A stretch of DNA of 43,423 bases from Planctomycetaceae bacterium (GTDB taxonomy: Bacteria > Planctomycetota > Planctomycetia > Planctomycetales > Planctomycetaceae): NCBI GenBank assembly GCA_041742495.1, contig JBGSIP010000227.1:1-43423 (forward strand), given 5' to 3'. Below are positions 7,804 to 16,538 of the stretch, in pieces (position 1 is the stretch's first letter; each line of letters opens with the position of its first letter). Made by a program: the position numbers and the translations under genes. The notes beneath the pieces were generated by a model. That model saw only the letters and a list, made by a program, of their open reading frames with translations. It was not told the origin of the DNA and searched no databases.

Positions 7804-9006
7804 GTGCCCAAATCCCTCTCGGATGTCGCCGTTCGCAACGCCAAACCAAAACCGAAGCCTTACAAAATGTCGGACGGCGATGGCCTGTTCCTCCTCATCA
7901 CCCCGGCCGGCGGCAAATACTGGCGGATGAAGTACTTCTTCGGTGCGAAGGAAAAGCTGCTGGCACTCGGCGTGTTTCCCGATGTCTCTCTTGCTGATGC
8001 GCGTGAACGACGTGCCCAGGCACGCAAGGTAATTGCCGCTGGCAAGGACCCAGGGGAAGCCAAAAAGGAGTCCAAGCGAATCACTGCACAGAAGCAGGCG
8101 GACACGTTTGAAGCCATCGCCCGCGAGTGGCACCAGAACCGGCTCGCCAAATGGACTCCCGAACACGCGACAAAGATTCTGAAGCGACTGGAAACGCATG
8201 TGTTCAACAGGATCGGCACCAGGCCGGTTGGCGACATAACTGCGGTCGAGTTGCTCACCATCATGCGGAAGATCGAGGAGCATGGAGGCGAGATCGCCCA
8301 CCGCATGCTGCAGATCTGCAACCAGGTCTTTCTGTATGCAGTAATCACAGAGCGTGCGGCGAACAATCCTGCGGCGTCTCTACGTGGGGCGCTGAAGCCA
8401 GTTGCGAAAAAGAACCACGCCTACATCAAGCCCAATGAATTGCAGGAATACCTGGGGAAGCTCGCAGAGTATGACGGTGCTCTGCAAACACAACTGGCGC
8501 TGAAGTTCCTGCTGTTGACCTTCGTGAGAACCGGAGAGCTTCGCGGTGCCGAGTGGTCCGAAATAGACTTCGACAAGGCCGAGTGGCGTATCCCGGCCGA
8601 ACGCATGAAAATGAAAGACCCGCACATTGTCCCGCTTTCCAGGCAAGCCGTCACGATTCTGAGGGAGCTTCAACCGATCACCGGGCAGTGGCGATACGTG
8701 TTCCCCAATCAGCACAAGCCATCAGGGCAGATGAGTGAAAACACGATCCTCTACGCCCTGTATCGCATGGGCTATCATTCGCGCGCGACAGGTCATGGCT
8801 TTCGGAGCACTGCCAGCACCGTCCTAAACGAGCACGGGTTCCAGCCAGACATAATCGAGCGCCAGCTTGCTCACTGCGAGCGCAACGGCGTCAGGGCTGC
8901 TTACAACCATGCCCAGTATCTGCCGGAGCGGCGTAAGATGATGCAGTGGTGGGCGGATTACCTGGACAAAGCAGTCGAAAAGAAACCGCAGGAGACAAGA
9001 CCGTAG
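7804..9006 (+). CDS. int: P4-type tyrosine integrase (DUF4102 N-terminal domain plus phage integrase catalytic domain)
   Basis: 'VRNAKPKPKPYKMSDGDGLFLLITPAGGKYWRMKYFFGAKEKLLALGVFPDVSLADAR' is the classic P4-integrase N-terminus. The C-terminus has 'HGFRSTAST...' and 'LAHCERNGVRAAYNH'. GTG start. Confidence 0.9.
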   Translation: MPKSLSDVAVRNAKPKPKPYKMSDGDGLFLLITPAGGKYWRMKYFFGAKEKLLALGVFPDVSLADARERRAQARKVIAAGKDPGEAKKESKRITAQKQADTFEAIAREWHQNRLAKWTPEHATKILKRLETHVFNRIGTRPVGDITAVELLTIMRKIEEHGGEIAHRMLQICNQVFLYAVITERAANNPAASLRGALKPVAKKNHAYIKPNELQEYLGKLAEYDGALQTQLALKFLLLTFVRTGELRGAEWSEIDFDKAEWRIPAERMKMKDPHIVPLSRQAVTILRELQPITGQWRYVFPNQHKPSGQMSENTILYALYRMGYHSRATGHGFRSTASTVLNEHGFQPDIIERQLAHCERNGVRAAYNHAQYLPERRKMMQWWADYLDKAVEKKPQETRP

Positions 9007-9092
9007 CGTCTTCTCAGAGAACGTGTACGCACACCGAAGTCTGCCAGCTGAGAAACGGGAAGTAACCGGGAGGGCTGCAACGACAGAGAAAC

Positions 9093-10538
9093 CTAAGACA
9101 CGAAAGTGTAGGCTGACGTTTGCGAGCCAAAGTGCTGCAAAGGCCCGATGTCAAGGTAGCCAGTACCAACGACCGATGCGAGGCCGATTGTACCTGGCAC
9201 CCCCGTACCCCGACATGCCGCCCCTTGTCCGGCAGTTTGGTTTAGCCCAAAGTCCGACCCAGCCGAGTTATAAGGGAGGCCACTAAGCGTTTGGTCGTTT
9301 CCACCGCTAGTAAATCCATTGGTCGCAGCGGTTCCGTTATTGTAATATGCATTGTTATGGATAGACATAACGCTTGGTACAGGACTGTTAATTGACAGAT
9401 TGATGCCATATCGACCATTTCCTGTTATAATGTTGTTTACGATGTTGGCGGCACTGGCGTTGTCCATCAGGATGCCGTCACCCTCATTGGCATGGATGAT
9501 ATTATTGCGAATGGTCGTGCTGACGAACGTGTGCTCATAAATGCCATGCATGTTGGTGCCGGTATTGTTATAAATCACCGAATTTACAACCGTCAACCCA
9601 TCGTTGTTATCGTAGATGCCTGCAGAGATATCGGAGGTTGAAATAGTATTGTCATGAACATAACAGGAATCGACATATAATACACAATTATCGGCCGTGG
9701 CGTTTTCAATACCGCCTCCATTGCCTCCGTCATATGTAAAGGCATTTGGGCCAATTTCGCATCCATACACGAGACATGCACCCCCTCCGGCCCGGAGAGC
9801 AAAGGCATTGGTGAAGTTCTTGTATATGCAGTTGATGTGATGAAAACTAATTGCGGAATAGGAAGCACTTATGTCCAGGCCGTCAATAGCTGTCTGCGAA
9901 TTGCCATCGAATACCAGATTCTCAAAAGAGTAAGTAGATATGCCCGATGACACCGTGAAGGTTAGCATGGTGAAGCTGCCAGCACTGGCCTGAAGAGTGG
10001 CGCGGCCGCCGTCACCACGCGTGCTGCTATAGCCAATGATCCGGTTTAGTGATCTGTTAGTAACACCGAACGATACGGAAATAGCCGAGCCAATTGCATA
10101 CGTCGCAGCCTTAATGTAGGTAATCATGCCGGCTCTTGACATCAGGCCAAGCGCTTTACCAGGGGTGGCAAATGCGCCACCCATGTTCCCCGTGATTGCT
10201 GATCCAGCCCCACCGCTACAACAGTTTCTGTCCAAAGTCCACTTATTGGTTCCAGTATTAACTGACGCGATCTGATACGTGCCGGCCACGATATTGGTGC
10301 CGCCTGTGAGCGTGACAAGATTCCCCACATCACCATTCGCTACGGTATACCCCGAGAGTGTCATAACAGACGGAGTGGCATTGGTGGCCGTTGCTGTAAT
10401 CGTCGAATTGTCTATGGCAACATGCGCCGTTGTAGTTTGGCTGTAATCTGTTCCGGTCGCGCCTGTGACAAATCCCCCGCCATTATTGTCGCTGCCGCCG
10501 GACTGAACCTCGAATACTGTATTTCCCGGAAGTACCAT
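9093..10538 (-). CDS. Right-handed parallel beta-helix repeat protein (tail-spike/fibre-like)
   Basis: Repeated 'NN.I..N.G.GI' turns ('IRNNIIHANEGDGILMD', 'NNIITGNGRYGINLS', 'NSVIYNNTGTNMHGI'). Its start abuts the stop of the tail-collar gene (TAGATG). Confidence 0.7.
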   Translation of the reverse strand: MVLPGNTVFEVQSGGSDNNGGGFVTGATGTDYSQTTTAHVAIDNSTITATATNATPSVMTLSGYTVANGDVGNLVTLTGGTNIVAGTYQIASVNTGTNKWTLDRNCCSGGAGSAITGNMGGAFATPGKALGLMSRAGMITYIKAATYAIGSAISVSFGVTNRSLNRIIGYSSTRGDGGRATLQASAGSFTMLTFTVSSGISTYSFENLVFDGNSQTAIDGLDISASYSAISFHHINCIYKNFTNAFALRAGGGACLVYGCEIGPNAFTYDGGNGGGIENATADNCVLYVDSCYVHDNTISTSDISAGIYDNNDGLTVVNSVIYNNTGTNMHGIYEHTFVSTTIRNNIIHANEGDGILMDNASAANIVNNIITGNGRYGINLSINSPVPSVMSIHNNAYYNNGTAATNGFTSGGNDQTLSGLPYNSAGSDFGLNQTAGQGAACRGTGVPGTIGLASVVGTGYLDIGPLQHFGSQTSAYTFVS

Positions 10539-11465
10539 CTATGACCTACTGATGCGAATGACGAGGGTGGCGCGTGTGATCGTCGAGCAGGAATCCACGT
10601 TGAACCCCAGCACATCCCCGGCAGTGACCGAAGTGGTCCATGACGATACGGACAAATTCTGGCCTTTGTTGGACGACGAGATGGTTGGCTTGTCGGCTCC
10701 CGTGATCGTGTCGCCGCTCGTCGGTGGGTAGTTGGCGTAGGTATCCTTCCAAACGTCGATCACGATGCTGCCGGTCTGATCGGCCAGCAGCGTCCAGCCT
10801 GTGATCGTGCCGCTAAAGGGGACCTCGACGTAGCCCTTGACCCCAGTGGTAATCGCTGAGCCGCCGCCATCGATGGTGATACCGGCTGTCGAGACGAGGC
10901 CGCTACCCGAATCATCAACCGTAGCGATGATGTAATTGAGAATCAGCGTGGGTTGGACGTTATTGTGTGCCCCACCTCCGCCAGTATTCTGGACCAATGC
11001 AGCCCCAGTCCCGTACACGCCGGTCGTGTAGTATGCTTGCGTTCCCGTTGTGGGTGAACCAACCAGTTGTTCTCCCACGTTAGTCAATCCCAGTCCCCCG
11101 ATCGCCCCTGAAGAACTGTTATCGCTTAGCAGGGCATGGCCATGTGCGGGCATTTGCGCTGTAGTCAGCGTATGCGTTTCAGCGCCCCCCGAGCCACCGA
11201 GCACATCACCATCGACACCACCGGTCTGTCCAGTGAGCCGATTAGCCGAAGTGCCTCCCATGTCGTCCTGGCCGGCAACCACACGCCCCCGCAGGTCCGG
11301 GACGTTGAACGTGGTTGAGCCGTCGCCCGCGCCATAAGTCGTACCGATGACGGCGAACAAGGCTGCGTAAGTGGTTCGGCTGATCGCTTGACCGTAACAT
11401 AACAGGAACCCACTGGGCGCTGAACTTCCCGCGTAGGGGATGATGGTGCCTGCCGTTATTGCCAT
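10539..11465 (-). CDS. Phage tail-collar domain protein (MdpB-like)
   Basis: 'IIPYAGSSAPSGFLLCYGQAISRTTYAALFAVIGTTYGAGDGSTTFNVPDLRGRVVAG' is the tail-collar hallmark. Confidence 0.8.
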   Translation of the reverse strand: MAITAGTIIPYAGSSAPSGFLLCYGQAISRTTYAALFAVIGTTYGAGDGSTTFNVPDLRGRVVAGQDDMGGTSANRLTGQTGGVDGDVLGGSGGAETHTLTTAQMPAHGHALLSDNSSSGAIGGLGLTNVGEQLVGSPTTGTQAYYTTGVYGTGAALVQNTGGGGAHNNVQPTLILNYIIATVDDSGSGLVSTAGITIDGGGSAITTGVKGYVEVPFSGTITGWTLLADQTGSIVIDVWKDTYANYPPTSGDTITGADKPTISSSNKGQNLSVSSWTTSVTAGDVLGFNVDSCSTITRATLVIRISRS

Positions 11466-11604
11466 GAGACCTACTTGTCTATCGTGGGTGCGAATTCACA
11501 GATAGGCAAGAAATACACTTGTCAAGATTGAACGCAAGGACTTTTTTGCAACCTCGCGGCAAGTATGAGGGCAGAGTGAGCGACACATGGTCGTGAAGCT
11601 GTTA

Positions 11605-12990
11605 TCACTTCTCGATCTTAGCGCTCTTGATACAACCGCTTTCAATCAGCTCGATAAGAACCGGGTTAGCGCCCTTGCTTACTGGCAACGCACCATCGGC
11701 ATGGCCAAGATGTTCCAGGAGCTTGCGTTCGACCTCTTTGCGAGTGTCTGTCCAGGCCGTTGCGTTTTGGGGTCCCCCTGTAAGTTCCAGATACTTGCGG
11801 CGAAGCCGCAGGTTAGACGCATCCCTGCACAGAATGTCGGGGTAGCGCACCAGGAACTCAAGCACTGGCCCGTGGGCATGATCGTGAACAGCGGCTGCCG
11901 TTTTTGTGCCGCGGGCACGGGGTAGCACCAGCAGGCCCTCGTCGTAGAGGGCAAACACGTCCCTGATCTTCTCGGCAATCTTGGCGGGTTTACTGACAAA
12001 CAGCGTGGGCTGCCGCAGGGCAGCTTTCAGGTAGTTGCCGACGGTAAGGCTTTCGGCTGCGAATTGCTCGACCACTCCCGTAATATTCGCCGCGATCGTG
12101 CCGGCGGACGTGGAGAAAAGCGTACCCTGCCTGAGCGCCGCTTTGACATAGTCCCCTAACTCAAGCCCATCGGCTGCGAACCGGTCGGCGACTCCCCTAA
12201 TGTTGCGTTCAATCGTACTGGGGTTCAGGCAAAACAGCGTCGAGCGCCTGATAACAGCGCGCAAGTAAGGACGCACGGTCATTCCGTGCTTCTCGAACCG
12301 CTCCACGACGCCGTTGACATTGCCTGCGATGGTGTCCGGCAACTGGTAGAAAAGGTTTGGCTGGCCCATCGCGAGTTTCAGATACATCCGAACGGTCAGG
12401 CCCTCAGAGGCAAACTGATCCACCAAGCCCGTGATGTTCCCCGCGATGGTGTTCGGCAACTGGTAGAACAGGTTTGGATAGCGCAGCGCGGCTTGCAGAT
12501 ACATCCGAACGGTCAGCCCGTCCGAGCCAAACCGATCCACCAAACCCGTGATGTTCCTCGCGACAGTATCGGGAGCCAGAGCAAATAGCGATGGCTCGTG
12601 GAGAGCGGCTTTCAGGTAATCGCTGGTGCTTAGGCCTTCGTTTGCGAATCGCCCGATCACGCCTCGGATGTTGCCTTCAATCGTGTCCGGCGCTTGTGTT
12701 AACAGTGCAGGTTTTATTACGGCAGCTTCCAGATATTTAGAAAGCGTGAGTCCTTCATCCGCGAAGCGTTTTACGACGGCCATCAGCCGTGGCCCAAAGT
12801 CAAACACGGCCGAGTCTGAAGGAATATTACCTGCCTGTCTTTTCCCACCCTGGGTATCGAGAAACAGAACGTACTTTTCCAAGCGAGGCAACAGCGTCGC
12901 CTTCTGGTCAGAAGTCAGTGGAAGCTCGCCAAGTTTCTGAGAAATGATGGCCCGAAGGTCTTGACCTGGCTGGGCCTTCGATTGAGTCAT
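11605..12990 (-). CDS. Protein with seven to eight tandem 39-aa helical repeats (mTERF-like pattern; function unknown)
   Basis: Repeat units start at residues 107, 146, 185, 224, 263, 302 and 341 (N-I-x-G), an exact 39-aa period. The approximate consensus is 'NIxGxVxRFxxxGLTxxxYLxAALxxPxLFxxxPxTIxx'. Confidence 0.6.
   Translation of the reverse strand: MTQSKAQPGQDLRAIISQKLGELPLTSDQKATLLPRLEKYVLFLDTQGGKRQAGNIPSDSAVFDFGPRLMAVVKRFADEGLTLSKYLEAAVIKPALLTQAPDTIEGNIRGVIGRFANEGLSTSDYLKAALHEPSLFALAPDTVARNITGLVDRFGSDGLTVRMYLQAALRYPNLFYQLPNTIAGNITGLVDQFASEGLTVRMYLKLAMGQPNLFYQLPDTIAGNVNGVVERFEKHGMTVRPYLRAVIRRSTLFCLNPSTIERNIRGVADRFAADGLELGDYVKAALRQGTLFSTSAGTIAANITGVVEQFAAESLTVGNYLKAALRQPTLFVSKPAKIAEKIRDVFALYDEGLLVLPRARGTKTAAAVHDHAHGPVLEFLVRYPDILCRDASNLRLRRKYLELTGGPQNATAWTDTRKEVERKLLEHLGHADGALPVSKGANPVLIELIESGCIKSAKIEK
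11941..12789 (-). repeat. 117-bp coding tandem-repeat array inside the repeat-protein gene
   Basis: The period was deduced from the 39-aa protein repeat. Units 3 and 4 (about 12322-12555) are nearly identical, which is also visible in the antisense ORF 12286..12588. Confidence 0.7.
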
Positions 12991-13206
12991 ATGGCCTGCA
13001 TGAACTATATACCTTTCTCCACGGCATAGGCCGCCGTGGCCTTAGCGATACCCCTTGTAGCGGCAAACTGATCCGCTGTCATGCGAAAGGTGGAAGAAGG
13101 CACGGCGGATTGACCCGCGGCCGCAGCGTGATAGCGAGGACCGCCACAACAAGGCGGGTGCAAGAAAGCAATCTTACCCAGCCAACGGATTAAGGGTAGT
13201 TACCTG

Positions 13207-13755
13207 CTACGGGACCTTATATGTTACCGCCAGCACCTCCAACGTTTCAAGGCCGCCGGGCGCGCGCAGCTCCACGCTGTCGCCCTCCTCGGCCTTCATC
13301 AGCGCCTTGGCCAGCGGCGAAATCCAGCTGATCTTGCCCTGCTTCATATCCGCTTCGTCAATTCCCACCAGCGTCACCGTATGCCCTACCCCATCGGTTC
13401 CGGCATAAGTAACGGTAGCGCCGAAGAATACCCGCTTCAGCCCCCGCTGGCGCCTTGGGTCAACCACTTCGGCACTTTTTAATGTCTTGCTAATGTAGCG
13501 GAGACGGCGGTCTATTTCCCTCAGGCGTTTCTTGCCATAGATATAGTCACCGTTTTCCGACCGGTCGCCATTGCCCGCCGCCCATGCCACCACTTCCACC
13601 ACCTTCGGGCGTTCCACCCGCTCCAGTTGGCGCAACTCGCCCTGCAAAGCCGCAAAACCAGCCGGGGTCATGTAATTTTTGACATTGGCCGGACGGGCCT
13701 CCGGTTCGCCGGAGTCATCCTCGCCGTCCCCTTCTTTGGTAAACGCTTTACTCAT
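13207..13755 (-). CDS. greB: Transcription elongation factor GreB
   Basis: 'NYMTPAGFAALQGELRQLERVERPKVVEVVAWAAGNGDRSENGDYIYGKKRLREIDRRLRYI' shows the GreB signature (GDRSEN, IDRR). Confidence 0.8.
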   Translation of the reverse strand: MSKAFTKEGDGEDDSGEPEARPANVKNYMTPAGFAALQGELRQLERVERPKVVEVVAWAAGNGDRSENGDYIYGKKRLREIDRRLRYISKTLKSAEVVDPRRQRGLKRVFFGATVTYAGTDGVGHTVTLVGIDEADMKQGKISWISPLAKALMKAEEGDSVELRAPGGLETLEVLAVTYKVP

Positions 13756-13782
13756 ATCAAGCCTGATAGCATATCACGGTGT

Positions 13783-13814
13783 AAAAAGAAGGGGCGGTGC
13801 AATCGCACCGCCCC
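13783..13814 (-). terminator. Rho-independent terminator of the porin gene
   Basis: A perfect 10-bp stem GGGGCGGTGC (13791-13800) / GCACCGCCCC (13805-13814) with a 4-nt loop. On the minus strand it is followed by TTCTTTTT (13783-13790). It lies 25 nt after the porin stop. Confidence 0.8.
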
Positions 13815-13838
13815 AGTTTTGGTAGTAAGTGTTTAGTA

Positions 13839-15113
13839 TTAGAAGTTCAGCTGTGTACCAATGATACCAACATAACCTTTGTTGTCGGTGGTAGCTACAG
13901 GTGCATTCTGGTCATACCAGGTGAACTCAGCATACGGAGTCAGACCGGGAGCCAGCTTGTAGTCTACGCCAGCGGAGATCGTGTCCAGCTTGTTTTCACC
14001 GAGCGAACCGGCAACCGCGGTGGCGCAGTTGAAGGTGTTGCCACCTACGCCGCCCACACCAGCGTCAGCTGCGGTGCCGCAGTCGAACTGGCTGTTCAGG
14101 TAGGTTAAGCTGGCGCCGAACGGACCGTACTCATAGGCAAGGCCCACGTTCCAGTACCAGGTGTCGTTGGAGTTAGCAGCCTTTGCAGTGTTGCTATCAC
14201 CCCAATCGCCATACGAACCAGCGAGGCTCCAGCCCATGTAGCTGACCTTCGCGCCTACGTTCCAGGCAGCCAGGTCTTCATAGAGCTTGTTTTCAGCAGA
14301 GCCCCATTCACCCGTGGCAGCCGTGGCAAAGCCCCAGTCGCCGAACTTGGTGTCATAGTTGAGACCACCCTGGAAGATGTTCTTGGACAGACCGGCGCGG
14401 CCTTCAGCGCGGTTCGGACCAATCGGGTTAGCAAGAAGACCGGCAACACCCTGACCACGGTTGATCTGGTCCGGCATGAAGCTTACGCCGACTTGCAGGC
14501 CGTTCCAACGCGGGGTGTAGTAGGTAACCTTGTTGGTGTTTTCTTCGGTGTGTTGACCCAAGAAGTTACGACCAGCAGCAGCAGCAACTACGTGGGAGCC
14601 CATGTTACCATAGTTCATCGGCAGGGCTGCCTGGGCGAGGAACTGGGTGGTCGCGTTAGCAAAGTAGTTGAAGTCACCGTTGATACCACCGGTAGCGCGG
14701 GCGATCGTAGCCGCGTCAACCTTCATGGTGCTGTCAGCGCCGACATTGGAACCGAGTTCAAAACGGCCCCAGCCGCCATCCATATAGATGAATGCCTTGC
14801 TGGCGTTTGCGCCGCGGCCCTGAACGTCGGGGGTGCTGTCCGCGAGGAGGCTGACCTCACCGCCGTAGCCCATGCCCGAGTCGTTCTTGCCGTCGACCCT
14901 GAAGGCAACCTGCGTGTCCTGACGGAAAGCAGTGCTCTTCTGGTTGTAAGCAGTACCGCCTACTGTCGAACTACGAACGTCGTCATCCATGTAGCCGGCT
15001 TCAAAATTGGTATAACCGCCGACGGTAACTTTCGGCGTATCGGCCATTGCCGAACCTGCGAACAGGGCAGCAGCACCGATGAGGGTGGTTGTACCGAGGA
15101 GAATCTTCTTCAT
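13839..15113 (-). CDS. Outer-membrane porin (proteobacterial beta-barrel)
   Basis: Signal peptide 'MKKILLGTTTLIGAAALFAGSAMA'. The body has alternating beta-strand character rich in G/Y/N/D. C-terminal '...IGTQLNF' ends in the terminal Phe typical of OMPs. Confidence 0.75.
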   Translation of the reverse strand: MKKILLGTTTLIGAAALFAGSAMADTPKVTVGGYTNFEAGYMDDDVRSSTVGGTAYNQKSTAFRQDTQVAFRVDGKNDSGMGYGGEVSLLADSTPDVQGRGANASKAFIYMDGGWGRFELGSNVGADSTMKVDAATIARATGGINGDFNYFANATTQFLAQAALPMNYGNMGSHVVAAAAGRNFLGQHTEENTNKVTYYTPRWNGLQVGVSFMPDQINRGQGVAGLLANPIGPNRAEGRAGLSKNIFQGGLNYDTKFGDWGFATAATGEWGSAENKLYEDLAAWNVGAKVSYMGWSLAGSYGDWGDSNTAKAANSNDTWYWNVGLAYEYGPFGASLTYLNSQFDCGTAADAGVGGVGGNTFNCATAVAGSLGENKLDTISAGVDYKLAPGLTPYAEFTWYDQNAPVATTDNKGYVGIIGTQLNF

Positions 15114-15363
15114 ATTGTTTCTTCCCTTTAGAGTTAAAAATGATTCACTAGAAACTTACTCTAGGTGACACAAAGCAATACATATGTAATACTTTGGGTC
15201 TGAGCCTTGCCTAGTTATTGTGTAAACAGATGTGCCTTGCAAGCCGTAACGAAATAGGCCGGGCAAAATCGTGATCTTTTCATCCTGTCTGTTGCAATAT
15301 GGCAACAAATAGGAGGTGAAAACGGGAGAAAATTAACTGATTAGTAAGGAATGTCAGAAGCGT

Positions 15364-16032
15364 ATGCTGGCCATGTCATCGATTGAGCAGGTATGTGAAC
15401 AAGTAGAGAAAGCACGTAGAAACAGCCCGTTAGCAAAAGGGGCGGTTGCCCTGCTGGCGGCCAGCAAAGGGCAGCCGGAGGAAAAGATTATTGAGGCTAT
15501 TGGAATGGGCATCACTGACTTTGGCGAGAACCGCGTGCAGGAGGCCGAAGGCAAGTGGCCGCCGCTTAAAGAGCGCTTCCCCCACATCCGCCTGCACCTG
15601 ATCGGTTCCCTTCAGTCCAATAAGGTCAAGCAGGCGCTGGAGCTGTTCGACGTCATCCAGACCGTGGACCGGGCAAAGCTGGCCGAAGCAATCGCCCATG
15701 AACTGGCAACAGCGCCGCCCCGGGCCGTCCCCCACCGTTTCCTGATACAGGTCAACATAGGCAACGAGCCGCAGAAGGCGGGCGTCCTGCCGGAGGAGGC
15801 GGACCATCTGGTGGACTATTGCCGCAAATTGCACCTGCCCGTCACCGGGCTCATGTGCATCCCGCCGCACGAACAGCCGCCCGCGCCGTATTTCGCCCTG
15901 CTCGGGGAAATCGCCAAGCGCAACGGGCTGGCGGAACTCAGCATGGGCATGAGCGAGGATTTTGAAACGGCGGTGCGCATGGGCGCCACCTGCGTGCGGC
16001 TGGGGCGCATCCTGTTCGGGGACCGGACCTGA
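15364..16032 (+). CDS. yggS: YggS-family pyridoxal-phosphate homeostasis protein
   Basis: 'LLAASKGQP...GITDFGENRVQEA...HLIGSLQSNKVK...LSMGMSEDFETAVRMGATCVRLG' are YggS/PROSC hallmarks. Confidence 0.85.
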   Translation: MLAMSSIEQVCEQVEKARRNSPLAKGAVALLAASKGQPEEKIIEAIGMGITDFGENRVQEAEGKWPPLKERFPHIRLHLIGSLQSNKVKQALELFDVIQTVDRAKLAEAIAHELATAPPRAVPHRFLIQVNIGNEPQKAGVLPEEADHLVDYCRKLHLPVTGLMCIPPHEQPPAPYFALLGEIAKRNGLAELSMGMSEDFETAVRMGATCVRLGRILFGDRT

Positions 16033-16040
16033 ATTCGGAC

Positions 16041-16538
16041 TTACCGCACAAACGCCGGGGCGTTCTGCTTCAGCCACTCCTTTAGCGCCGCCTGCGACTC
16101 GAATTCCTCGACCTGGATGCTGTCGATGGTCGGGCCGGTGTCGCCAATTTTCTCGATGTCCTCCTTCTTCATTTCTTGAATCCAGACGATGCGGTTGCGT
16201 TGCAGGCCGCCGCTCGTCAGGTTGATCGCTCCATCGTTGAGGCGCTTATCCAGGTTGCTGCCCCGGATCAGGACGATGTATACGAGGTCGCCGGAGAACT
16301 TGAGGAGCAGGCCTTCGGACGGGTTGTACTTCCACGGTCCTAGCCAGCCGTAGGGAAACCACGCACTGTTGCCATCGCGGAAACGGAACTCCAATGATCC
16401 CGGCAGATCGCGCACGCCCCTCCAGTAGCCGAACGCTCCGCACGAGGCTTCCGTTTCCTCGGCGTCGGGCTCCTTTGTCCCAGGCCGGAGAATCCCCTTC
16501 AATCGTTCCTGATGGGTAGGAGGACGATCATCGCTCAT
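16041..16538 (-). CDS. Hypothetical 165-aa protein downstream of, and overlapping, the relaxase gene
   Basis: It overlaps the relaxase 3' end by 11 nt. I recognised no motif. Confidence 0.55.
   Translation of the reverse strand: MSDDRPPTHQERLKGILRPGTKEPDAEETEASCGAFGYWRGVRDLPGSLEFRFRDGNSAWFPYGWLGPWKYNPSEGLLLKFSGDLVYIVLIRGSNLDKRLNDGAINLTSGGLQRNRIVWIQEMKKEDIEKIGDTGPTIDSIQVEEFESQAALKEWLKQNAPAFVR

Noticed and set aside
12991-13206. A 25-codon minus-strand ORF (MTADQFAATRGIAKATAAYAVEKGI) and the hairpin CCACGGC-N6-GCCGTGG upstream of the repeat-protein gene
   Set aside because: The peptide resembles the start of an HTH protein, but it is too short and terminates early. It may be a gene remnant. 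There is not enough evidence to annotate it.
14493-16077. Plus-strand ORF 14493..15131 and minus-strand ORF 15430..16077
   Set aside because: They are antisense to the porin and yggS genes respectively, both of which have clear family signatures.
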